A stretch of 64,000 bases of DNA from Eremomyces bilateralis CBS 781.70 (Eukaryota): NCBI GenBank assembly GCA_010015585.1, contig ML975149.1. The stretch is one strand, 5' to 3'. The position numbers and the translations under genes are program-made. Of this stretch, positions 1 through 11,160 are shown piece after piece. Every line of letters begins with the position of its first letter. Within the stretch, counting starts at the first letter, position 1. Under the pieces are notes generated by a model, which made no database searches, was not told the origin of the DNA, and saw only the letters and a list, made by a program, of their open reading frames with translations.

Positions 1-685
1 TCCATAATGATCAACTCGCTCTTGCCACGCCTCGATATACAACCCCAGACCATTATCGATATCTCAGCCTTCACATGTTCGCCGTTATGGACTGTATCTT
101 TCTTGAAATGGTCCTCCGGAAGGCAAAAGACCCAACATAGGGGGTGCGGCCGGTTCTGGACGCTTGATTCATCGGAAAACTCGATGTCCTATACGATGAG
201 CGATTAGCGGGGTAAAGCAGGGCTATAGCACAGTTAGACTAGCAATCAATTGCTCGATTTTAGGAAGCCAGTACCTTGCGAATTCGAGCCGTTTACGGGC
301 TCCCTCTTCCGTTAATTGGATCTTCTTACGCATACGCCATTTGCGGTATTATTTGGACCCCCGGAGCGCGGGTTTGACGGTCGACTTGGACGGGGTGCCT
401 TGGTCAATTGTATAGTCGACGGTTGAGGGCGAGCATCCGACCTCACGCGCAATGGCTCGCTTAGACATTAGGCCCGCGTCAACCATTGCAATGATTGCGG
501 ATCGCTGTTCTGGCGTAAGATCTGCATGCTTACGCCGATTGCCGCTAATTTCACCCAAAATTGAGCGTTCCATCATCAAGATTAATGAAGATATTGATCA
601 TCTAAGATCTAGAGTCGTTTTGACGCGTCTCGTGGTTGTTAGGGCCTGTACACGATTTGACCGGATTACTCTGACCCCACACAAG
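1..685 (-). mobile_element. Tc1/mariner-family DNA transposon relic (5' end; runs off the window start)
   Basis: Minus-strand HTH ORF 579-349 (LTPEQRSAIIAMVDAG..RAIAREVGCSPSTV). Reading through an in-frame TAA gives YRKWRMRKKIQLTEEGARKRLEFAR. After a probable intron the frame gives DIEFSDESSVQ...SIMVWGCISRRGKSELIIM, which contains the Tc1 first catalytic Asp (FSDES) and the VWGC motif. Putative terminus (minus strand CTTGTGTGGGGTCAGAG) is flanked by TA at 686-687. Confidence 0.8.
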
Positions 686-687
686 TA

Positions 688-1155
688 AGATGCTACAAAT
701 TGTACAGCGGGACGTCGCTCCTTTATCGGATGTGGACCGGTATTTCGACTCTGGAGTTGCGCAAGTCGATACGGATCATGATGAACAATGACTCTTTAAG
801 TGGTGGGCACGACATGTTGCAGAATATCTGGTCATGAGCGCGGCAGCACGGGATTATCTCGCGATTCTGACATCCAGTGTGGCAGTCGAACGACTCTTCA
901 GCGGAGGGCGGGATATGCTGGATATACGGAGGCATTCTCTAACTGCTGGAACTATGAGGATGCTCGTATTGTTGGATTCCCATTACTCTTCATGTAAATA
1001 GTTATAAATAGTCGATTTTACCTCTTGGCGGATCAGACGGATATCCGCGAATAATCAGATCTATATCCGTATCCGCAACGATTTGACAGATAATTATCCG
1101 GATAGGCCATATCCACGAATGCTCCGCGATATCCGTGTATCCGTGCCGAGCTCTA
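688..1155 (+). mobile_element. hAT-family transposon 3' relic (dimerisation domain, subterminal repeats, right TIR)
   Basis: The + frame at about 730-975 reads SDVDRYFDS..EQ*LFKWWARHVAEYLVMSAAARDYLAILTSSVAVERLFSGGRDMLDIRRHSLTAGTMRMLVLL, the hAT C-terminal dimerisation motif. 1030-1145 is dense in ATCCG/CGGAT repeats. The segment ends CCGTGCCGAGCTCTA (TAGAGCTCGGCACGG on the other strand). Confidence 0.8.
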
Positions 1156-1169
1156 GATGCTCTCTATCT

Positions 1170-3625
1170 TTATGCTGCCCGCTCTCCTTTTAAACGCTGC
1201 ATATCGCCTTCTAAGACCCTGATTTTGCTGCGCAACCCAGCGATGGTCTCTCGCAACTCTCCACAATACTCTCCTTTGCATGTGCAAGTCTTTTCCGTGC
1301 TGGCCTCGTAACTGGCATCGTTGCCAATGGGGACGCAGTTATCCTCAATTTCATCCCTTTCATAGTACAATGCATCAGTTGGGCTGGCAGCATTTGACCG
1401 TCCACCACCGGTAGTCAATGACGCGAAAGGTGGCGTATCTTGCGAAGACATGCGTGGAGACTGCCCTGATGACGTGCGACGGTATTTATGTGTGCGGTTG
1501 GATCTTCTCTGGAGAAAAGACGTGTGACGAGTATACCCGGTTTCAGGATCTGAGTCAAGGTCAGTGAGCCAGAGGTCGTCGGATACAGGAGGAGCTTCTG
1601 GAGGACACGCGTCACGGCCGTTATGGAAAGAGACGGTGGTTGACTGCGGTCTGGAAGGAGGTAGAGTTGGCACCAGAGGGCTGTTTCTAGAGCTACTGGC
1701 CTGTGAGACCCGTCGTTCAATGTACGGAGCGAAGAGAGATCGACTACTGCCCTCGCCAGCACCGGCACGCCTTAAATCGGCGAGGATATTGCTAGTCTTC
1801 GAGCTCACACTCGATCCAGAGGGCTGGCTGCTTCCCGAGCTGACATATCTGCCCGGTACGCGGTACGCGAGGGTCCGCTTGCGATTGACCTTGTGAGGTG
1901 GCTTGAGGGGAGAGCCCTTCGCAGGTGTATTTCTGATGGGAGAGGGGATGGGAGAATACTTCAGGTTTGTACCATTTCCGGTAGCTGGACCAAGCGCTAT
2001 TCGATCGGCATTACTTTGGCTCGGCTCGTCTTCGTCCAAAAATGTGGTGCTCGAGATCCGTGGACGCGGACGGGCGCGGCTGCTTCGTTTCGGAGGCGAT
2101 TTCGATTTACGCCGGACGACCTCGCCTTTAACGGGCGAGAAGAGGTCCATGTAATGGTTCCCTGGCATAGGAGGAAGTAAAGCGTGCATGTTCGCACTGG
2201 TAGTGTGTTTGATTGTTGTATTCGGTTCTGGTAACCCAGTGGTTTCGTCTTCTAATCCAGCTGGTGCGGCTGCCTGGAGCTGATGACAGCCAGGAAAGGG
2301 GTTCGAAGATGTATGGGAGCCAGTCGGGGACCGTACTATAGTTCCGAAGCTTTTCGTGTTTTCCGGAGCAACCGTAATGTCGACTATTTCTTCCGCCATG
2401 TTCTGAGCACGTCGTGCCGATCCTGGAGGAACCTTTGCTGACTCCCCCTGGATCCATTCCACATCGATGATCCTGCCGCCATCAGGGTTGATGACCTTCT
2501 CACAAAGACAGTGTCCATCTGAACTGAACAGCAACACCTTCCCATCTTGTCGCCCGACAGCAATCACCATCTTTTCTTGAGACACTCCATCACCGATGGT
2601 CCTCGAGCCTGTTCTCCGAGTCGAAGCTGCCAAGTGCCTTTTCTCGTCCCACTTCTCCGGGAGGAGTGACAGCGACGTCCCCGGTCCCTGCACATGCCAG
2701 GTCTTCAATATCTTCCCACCGTAATCGAAATTCACTATCCTGCATTTTCCATCGCAGCCGACCGTTACCGCACGACTCCGATGCCCCGGTAAGAACTTCA
2801 CGCCCACGATACCGGAGAGCGCACTCCCATGCCGTGCGACAGTGTGCAGCTGGGCAAACCGGCCAATCTCTCCTCCACGTCCTTGCTTGGCTATATGAGA
2901 CTGCGCGGATGCGCGGGCATCCATGCGGACTAACCGGGAAGCGTCATATGCCGCCAACGAGCCGTCTTTGAAGGAAAGGAGGAACACCTGCGGCCGCTCA
3001 GGGTGGAATGACGCGGTGGAAACCGGAGTATCTGATACACCGGGCTGAAATAGGAAAGGCCGTCCTCCAAGGAGTAGGTTCTGCAGGTATATCGTCGGCG
3101 GAGACTCGGATGCCGATAGCAGGAGCTGGGAATTCCGCGACAGCGCGAGGACGGTCGGCGGGGACGGATGGGTATGCGCAGGGGCCAGCAATCGCGACTC
3201 CTGGATTGAATAGCACTCCACCGCATTATGAAGATTCGTCGTGAAGTAAAGCTGTCTTGAATTTTCCGCAAATTCTAGTAGACGGATATTGCCCTGCCCA
3301 ACTATTAGTCAAACTGGCCTTTCTAGTTATGATAATGTGCTCGACATGCCTCTATCCCTTTTGGCCGATAACTGCGCTCCGTCTGCAATACCAGTGACTG
3401 GCCGTCAGCGACCGCAAGCGTCCCACTTCCATCTCGCACTTCCTTGGCCGCGAAGATCCCCGAAGATTCGGATTGGAAGATGCTGTTGATGCCATCGCTG
3501 TCCCAGGAGAGCACGTTCCGCTGCGTGGTGATGACAAGGTGGGCATTCGAAGGGAACTGGAAGGCTGACCGGGGGTCGGCGTGGTCGGGCGAAGGGTCGC
3601 CATGCGCAATGCGCGAGGATGGCAT
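1170..3625 (-). CDS. WD40-repeat protein with a long disordered Ser/Pro-rich C-terminus and terminal coiled coil (2 exons: 3625-3350, 3293-1170)
   Basis: WD-like blades (ASFHPERPQVFLLSFKDGSLAAYD; AVTVGCDGKCRIVNF; IAVGRQDGKVLLF). ORFs 3323-3625 and 1170-3221 join in phase 0 through intron 3349-3294. Confidence 0.7.
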
Positions 3626-4510
3626 GAATTGTCGAGGCTCAAGGAGGTCATATATGGTAGGGGCTGCTCATTGGAAATGTACTGCATAGGCTACGCAACT
3701 TAAAACTTGATGTTGGAGGAGTTCGCATTTGTTGTTAAACAGAGGTTGGCAGGGGATCAATGAAGTACGAGTCATGGATAAGGTATCGGGAGGGGTCCGA
3801 CGAGTCAGTCAGACCTCTCCCATTTAATGGTACGGAGAATGACGGTCAATGGCACTATCAATTGGGGGCACTAGGTACTGATGATCCTCCATGGAGGATT
3901 ATCGAGTGCCAGACTTATGCTTGGTCCTAATTACTAGGCTCCTGTTCAACCACTTTTCACACTTGCATGGTTCTCACTCATCCAGTCAGGTACGATTTTC
4001 ATTCTATAAGTGACGAAAGCAAAAAGTTGAGGATTTCGCTCTGGATAGGACGATTGAAAAAAAAAAGGAATGATCAATTTTGATATGGATTCACCGTATG
4101 GCCCCTTTGACCATTAAATATCCTGCCTGCCCCTTCCTTTCAGCGTCACACGGTGTCAGCGAACGGTCCTCCATTGCGGCAGAGGTATAGGAGATTCGAC
4201 CAGTCATGCATCTGGAACAAACGGATGACACAGATGATGCAGATGATCAGGTCTAAGTCTTGGACGTATGCGATAGGCGTGCCTCAATGCAGTGCCTCCG
4301 TGGCTCTTATGTGTCGGCACGTTAAATCTATCCGGCTCCTCGTAAGGTACTGATCTGGCTGGCATCGAAGTTGAAGCATCCGGATGGAACGCGATTTGTT
4401 CAACAGCCTATAGCCGTGGGCAGTGCGTAAACGCCCTGAAGCGAAAATGGTCCATTCGAATAAAGTGTTTCGGATCCGAGACAACACATGTTGCCTCTTT
4501 CGGGGCGCGA

Positions 4511-5827
4511 TTAACTGGGATCCCAAAGCAATTGTCGTCCACCGCGACCGGTACGTCCGGTGGGACGCGGTCGTGCATATGATTCGGGGTCGATCGGCTT
4601 GGTCAAATCCGTGGGAGCAGGGGGCCCGGAACGAGAATGTGGACGAGACGAGAATCCACTGTGATTCCGTCCTGCTCCGCGACCGCCGCGGCCACCGCGA
4701 GATGGCTGGGGCGCGCGAACAAATGCGTTCGGATCGAAAACGCGGGTATTATTGCCGTTGGATTGTTGCGATTTCGGCCGTTTGAAGAGCACGACCTCTT
4801 CATCGTCATCGACGGCTGGCTCCATTTTCGCGGGCACTTTCGGTTTTGCGGGAGTTCGTGGCAGTTTGTTCTCCTTCTTGTACAAGGCGAGACGGTTCTT
4901 GTAGTCTCGATCCTCCCGACCGATGACTTCGCGAAGCTGTTCAAGGCGCTTGGCGCGGATGCCGAAGCGCTGTGCGAAGTGAATCTTTTGTGCATCGTTG
5001 GTAAGCAGGATGTAGTTCGCGAGCGCTTCGTCGGGGTTGCTTTCTCTGTGGATGCGCCAGAGGGCGTGGTTGAAGAGGGGTCGGAGGCGATATGGGATGG
5101 TCGACTTGTAGTTGTACTTGCGAGGCGTCACTGTTCGCTTTGGGATGTCCGCATCCGCCAATGGTGACACTGAGTCGTGCTTCGTTGGCGCCTCCTGGTG
5201 AGGTGAGGCATATTGGACCTCTGGGCTCGTGGAGGAATACTGGGACTTGATTGAAGGCGTCTTCGAGCGCTGGCCTGCGCTCAAGACAGAGCTATCGTAC
5301 TCCTGCTCAGACACGCCATCAAGTCTCAGGCCGTCCACATCCGATGTGAGCACGTCCGAGTCATAATCTTCTTCCTCAGTTGAGAGGAGCGTTTGCGGCA
5401 GCAGGAAATTCTCCACTTCCGACCATCGTTCGAATACTTCGAATCCACCTGATTGTGTCAGCCCCCGAAACCTCAACACATCTGCAGCCCAGTTGTACCT
5501 TGTAGTTGGACGGAGCCCGATGTTTGCACAGAGGGAGCGGAAGTGATCTCGTCGAGCCAAACGAGGGTATCCTTAGCGGCGACCGCAATCCTACCGTTCT
5601 TCTTCTTCAGCTGGTCGAGAATTCCCAATGCTGTCACTGTCAGTTAGCGAAACGCACGGCCATCATCAGCCAGCGAGCGTACTGTGAAGTGGCACATAGA
5701 GTCGGATTGCGCCGATGCTGATCCATCGCTGTATTCCATCTCGAGTGCCTTTCTTGACGCCGGCAAGTAGAGCGGTATCATCGACGATGCAATTGAAGAC
5801 CTTACGCTCGGGGAGTTTTACATCCAT
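4511..5827 (-). CDS. PIN-domain protein (putative RNase/NMD-related) with RGG-rich C-terminus; 3 exons
   Basis: N-terminal KVFNCIVDDTALLAG...IRLYVPLH resembles the first PIN strand and its acidic residues; ILLTND lies downstream; the tail is RGGRGGRG. Exons at about 5827-5684, 5633-5497 and 5449-4511. Confidence 0.65.
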
Positions 5828-6593
5828 GATGAGGTGCGGGTGAGATCTTCCGTCGTGTGGTGTCCGAAGGCGGTCGAGGTCGAGCGGGGAAGTGTTATCG
5901 CGGTGTTCTGCGAACAATGAGTTTTCGAGCCGAAGAAGCGATACGAGCGAATATTGGTTTCCATACCGTTGTTCTTCTGGGAAATAATTCGAATATTCAC
6001 TGGCTCGCATTGTCTATCGCAAAGCGAGCGTGTAGGAACCGTTCAGCGCAGGCTGTCAGCGCCGACGGAGTGAAACGGTGCAAGAAGCGCTTCGCTCATT
6101 GTTCCCGAGATGTTGATGAGAGACTTAGAAGGATAAACGCCGGTCATAGTCTGACGGGCAAGGTGAAAGTTGGTAAATTCACTGAGGTGGTCGTTGTGTG
6201 GGTGAACCGGAAGATTTCACCATCAAGGGCTGGTGGTGGAACTCCCCAACCAGAATGCCATCATCAGCAGCGATATTCGGTCAGGTGTGGTGGGGGATGT
6301 GTACCGCACCAAACAAGCCCTGCACAATATGATATTAGGATTCCATTCGTCCGACTTAATCGATCATATATCCTTGATATTTATACACAAAGTACCCAGG
6401 CGGCCAGGCTGCAAGAAATAAGAATGTTACCTATTCAGAGTGTCTTTCCCATTGCAAGATCCCACAGCCTTGTTTCCCGTACCAAGACCTGTAGTGGTCC
6501 ATACCATTGCGGCTATGCGCACCATCATCCTCATTCAGAGTTCAGCAGCATCTGCTGAAAGGCTGGAAGAATAATCTCGAAACATGATAGGGC

Positions 6594-7588
6594 TTAACCT
6601 CGATTCTCCAACCTTTCGGCCTCATTGATGTCTGGCATCCATCCTGTAGGCCTTTCTGCTCCCCTCACAACGAGCCCGTACAAGGACTTCTCGACCTTCT
6701 CCACACATGTTTGCATCACTCCCATCTTCTTTCGAACCTGGTTCTCGAGCCACGACTTCCTCGGAACATCTAGTGCCTCTAGAGCGACTCGGAGCTGTCG
6801 GAGGTCCGAGAGGACATTCCCTTCCTGCTCATTATCTCCGACATCATCTCCGGCACCATCGTCTACATCCATCCGATCGGAATGCTGCAGCGTGTTCTTG
6901 CTAGTCGATCGTCGAGGTTTTGATCGGGCTGGAAGTTTTCCTGTCGATGCCATTGCCGTAATACAGAATCTCATCAATTCGCCGACCATATCGAATATGC
7001 CCAGGATGTAGTCGTCGACGGTTAATGTGATCTTGTTTGCCCCTTCGACCAAGGAGTTGAGGCTGGACACCGCCGTTTCATAAGGGATCAAAGCTTGGTT
7101 CTCGAGATAGTATTGGAAGGATAATGCCTCCATAAACTCCTGATGGCCTCCTGATATATTTGATTGATATCGATAGGCATTGAGTCCTTGGAGGTCTGAA
7201 CAGATACCATTGTATTGGGCCTTGATATTGTCCAGGTGCGGGTCAATGGTCTTCTTGATTGGGGGAGAGATCGGTTGGTCCAATTCCCGTGTTCTTCAAT
7301 CGTCAGACTGTATCTCAAACGGAGAGATAAAGACTGCCGCTGTAGAGGCATACCTTTGTAATGAGAATATACTAAGTTCAGTGTCAGCGCCTGTACCAGG
7401 GCTTAGAGAAAGGCAACATCTTACATCTTCTTACTCGCTGCAGTAACATCTCTGGAAGCTTTAATCACTCGTTCTCGGCGCGCATGGTGCTCGTCTAGTT
7501 CGACTCTGAATGTCTCGAACATGGACTGGAATGGGCCGTCAGATGTTGAATCCATGCCGGCTTCGTCACGCGATCGCTTGTTCGACAT
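6594..7588 (-). CDS. TSNAX: Translin-associated factor X (TRAX, C3PO subunit); includes an 18-nt micro-exon at 7371-7354
   Basis: FETFRVELDEHHARRERVIKASRDVTAASKK-IIFSLQR, GGHQEFMEALSF and DYILGIFDMVGELMR are translin/TRAX family motifs. Confidence 0.9.
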
Positions 7589-8238
7589 GGAAAGTGCCTG
7601 AAACAATTTGCTTTACTGAAGGATGTAGAAATGAGAAACCCGGGATTTAATTGATCGTAAACGCTCCGAGATGAAATGAATCTGTTGGAGAAACCGAATC
7701 AAGCTCACGAGGAACTGATGTATTCACGTGTGGCGCTCGATAGAGAGCTGGAGTGCCACCTCAGGTGGTTCAACAGTATGGCCTGGAGCCGATTTTCTCC
7801 CAAACACCTGACCACGGTTGCAATTGTTGAATTCAATGCTGATAGTATGAACAGTACCTTCGAGAGATGGCCGACCTCAAACGAAACAATTCCAGACAAG
7901 GAGGTGGATACGATACGGGAGGCCTCAGGCAGCCTTGACCTTATTTCAACGTCAACAGAACTCGGTTCTTTTTCTATTATTTCTTTCGAGTATCGACATC
8001 TTTGGGTGGGAATACTGTATATCGACACCTATATAAGCGGTGTAGAATCATTCATCCGAAGGATAAGTAGCATCTAGCTGCAAGATCCAGCCACTGGGCT
8101 TGCAGTGTCTCTGTGGAACTAACCCTCTGGTATGGCACAATGAAGCCTTGGGTTGTTTAAGTCACCTTCCTTTGTCTCAGTCCCTCCAGCTTTCAAGATG
8201 TTCATGCATTGCTGTTAAGATTATGCAAGGAGAGTGGA

Positions 8239-11042
8239 ATGGCGCCTGGAATGTTTGAAAGCGTTGTTGCCGCTCGACAATATGCTCAATCAATCGGAAT
8301 CACCAAGGACTTTGCTCATGAGAGAATCTCTGAGGCTCGATATCTCCCGTCTCCCTCGGAACGCGAACTTCAAATGCCAATTAATGGGCCCACATTCGAC
8401 GAGCTATGCAGCAATGGTACCCTCAAGGAACGCATATCCTGGGACAAAGACTCCCTTGCAATGTTCAGAGACTCGATTCATCAACCAGATCAACCCAGCG
8501 AAATGATCCTTTCGCGACCTCAGCACAGCATCTTTCAGCAATTGATGTTTGAGTTGCCCTTACTAACAACCGACAATGACCATGATATGCTATGTTTTTC
8601 CAGAAAAACGGATCCGGCCTTCTCGGAACTCGATTACCCACGGCGACCGAAGGATGACTGCCAGGATATGCCTGAAGACATCGATCCGGAGTCCAAGGCG
8701 AAGCAGACGGTTTCGAAGATTATGAATGAGAAGTTGGTGGTCGACAAAACTGATTTTCTTGCATTGAGAACATATGTCAGCAAGGAGCCCTGGAGGCCAA
8801 ATGAGGAACCTTTCGATGTCCAGCGATCAACCATGGTAAGAGGGAATCAAGGTTAATTCAATGACCAGCTAACATGTGGTTAAAAGGGATTGAAAAGCCC
8901 TCTAACTCCGCCACTCTTGCCGCTCAGTCGATCCCCTTCGCCATATGTACCGTCATCTCCTGCACGCGATGTCCCCATTCCGTCTGAGCATAGCACCAAT
9001 TCTGCGGCAGAAGATGCGCGAATGATTGAGGAGCAGATTCTGCTGAACGACACGATCCTTCCAATGACGCCTGAGAATCAATTTCTCAAGTTCAAAGCCT
9101 CGAAGGCAAATGATGGACCTGAAGAGCTGGACTGTGATCCATCATCTTTCGGGCTCTTAAGCTCTCCGGCTGCGAAAAGAACGAGAAACGACTTATTGAT
9201 GGAAGTACCTCTGACTCCTGGATTCTCCTCAGAACGATCACCAAAGAGACTCAAACAGATCACTCTTGCAGACGTCGTTCCTAACCCAGATTTGAAGTTG
9301 CCGTCAGCAGCGATAAGTCCTATGGTCGCTTCTGACGAATCACCATTTGAAGCAATTCTGAACGAGCAATTTCAATCCATAGCCGACGATGCGAAAAGGA
9401 TGACTGAAAATGAGCGGCTTATCGAAGCCGATTCGACGAATAGGATGTCCGTTCCCATAGTTCACGATGGGAAGCACTGTGCCCCTTGGGAGGAGTACGG
9501 CCTGCGCAGTTGCAGAACAGGCGAAGCTTCCGAGCTTGCTGCACAATCGAAGCTGCTCAAAAGCATCCAAAAACAAGCTCCTGAGGTGTTGAATCCTTGG
9601 CACGGTGCACATCTCACGGAGACAAGGCTGAAATGGATACCATTTCTAGGCAGAGCCTCAAAAGTGACAATCGACGAGGGAATCACTAGCAAAGTGAATA
9701 TTGAGAACTACTTGCGACAGCTAACGCTTGGTTCTGCCTGTACGAGCGAAGAGTGTACCTGGAAACCAGAAGTGCCAAGTTTGCTTGCAATGAGCTGGGG
9801 AGATGAAAACGTCTTGGATCGTTGCCAATGGGCTGCAGAAGATGACATCAATTGTCTGACATCGCAACGTAAAGTGGAACTTGATGGACGCCATCAGGAC
9901 CATGACAGCAGGAAAGGTATCGACAATGTCGGAAAGTCTGCTACGGGAACGGATCGTCGGAACTCCGGGATTCGAAATTCTCAAAAGAACATGAAAACTA
10001 CGATACACTCGATGTCTACGAGAAACTCCGCCAATAATTATTTCCAGTCACTTGGGGTCTCCATCCCGATCTCTGCAGCTGAAGTAGAAGCTCAAAGTTC
10101 GCCGAAAACGCGTGGTGGCGATGCGTGGCCACTGGGTTTTCAAGAGGATGAAAACAGAGCGTTTCATGGGGATAGCGAGCTGGGTTATCAGTCACTGCAC
10201 GATCCCCCTACTCCTTCGGAGCCTCGCGCTGTCATCGTTTCATCAATCCTCTTGTCAAAGCGAGGCCTAGTTCGTTCGATCCGAACCCTTTATCCGTCTC
10301 TGGTCATGGTCCAGCGCGATTGGTCCTCACACTTGACCTTGCTTGACCGCGACCTTCTCTCCTCATCGTCACCAGTTCGGCTCTCCGACGAAGCCGACAT
10401 AATCTATGGTGCAAATAGAGCCGTGATTCTATCCACTGTGCTTGAGATCAGTCAACGAGCGTTGCCCGGCGCCGAGCTTACTAGCCGGGAATCTGGCATC
10501 CATGGTCGGATCTCAAGAGTAGCTACCCGATATGCCGAAGGTGAGCTTGTGGTTCTAGTGCATGAGACGATCCACACTCGGTCGACCAACGAGCCCCAGG
10601 AGCTGGTTCGGTTGCGGAAATGGGCAGTGCAAGAGCAGAGAGGCATTGGTACTCGGATTTCCATTGCCTGGATCTGCGGAAGCAATGATGACGATACCGC
10701 CAGAGCGATAATAGGCGAGGTAATCAAGACTAATGATGATTGTCGAAACATACCTATCCGGAAATTGGAAGAAGAATCAGAGGTAAGAGCAGCTTAATCT
10801 GTTATTGAATTTAGGAAGTACTTATCGCACACCAGGGAGAACTCGTCCTTCGTCGTGCCGGAATCAACGCCCTTGCCGCTCTCTCCATCCTGAACATCCT
10901 ACAAGAACGCGATACGACATGCGCGTCGGACGACATTGCTCTCGACACACTAGCACGAATGGGCCATCACGAACGCCTACGTGTCTTCGGTCACCTCGTC
11001 GGCGCCCAGGCACTAGACAAACTGAGACTATATTTCGGATAA
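8239..11042 (+). CDS. Large protein with C-terminal XPF/ERCC4-like and HhH-like region; probable Zip2/SHOC1 meiotic crossover factor (exons 8239-8835, 8887-10782, 10836-11042)
   Basis: ORFs 8209-8856 and 8890-10797 join in phase 0 via a GT..AG intron. The last exon reads GELVLRRAGINALAALSIL..ARMGHHERLRVFGHLVG. The C-terminal part has VMVQRDW..EADIIYG..RISRVATRY..LVVLVHE. Confidence 0.55.
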
Positions 11043-11160
11043 AAAGCAGACGTAGGACCACCCATATTCTAAACGCACAGGAAAATGACCGACCTTTCCA
11101 ACCACATAAATCGTAGACTCCTAGAAACAAGTGCTCTAATCCGCGGACGACGCCGAAAAC

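Noticed and set aside
7676..8077. 133-aa and 107-aa ORFs between TRAX and the Zip2-like gene
   Set aside because: No motifs; they sit in the divergent promoter region.
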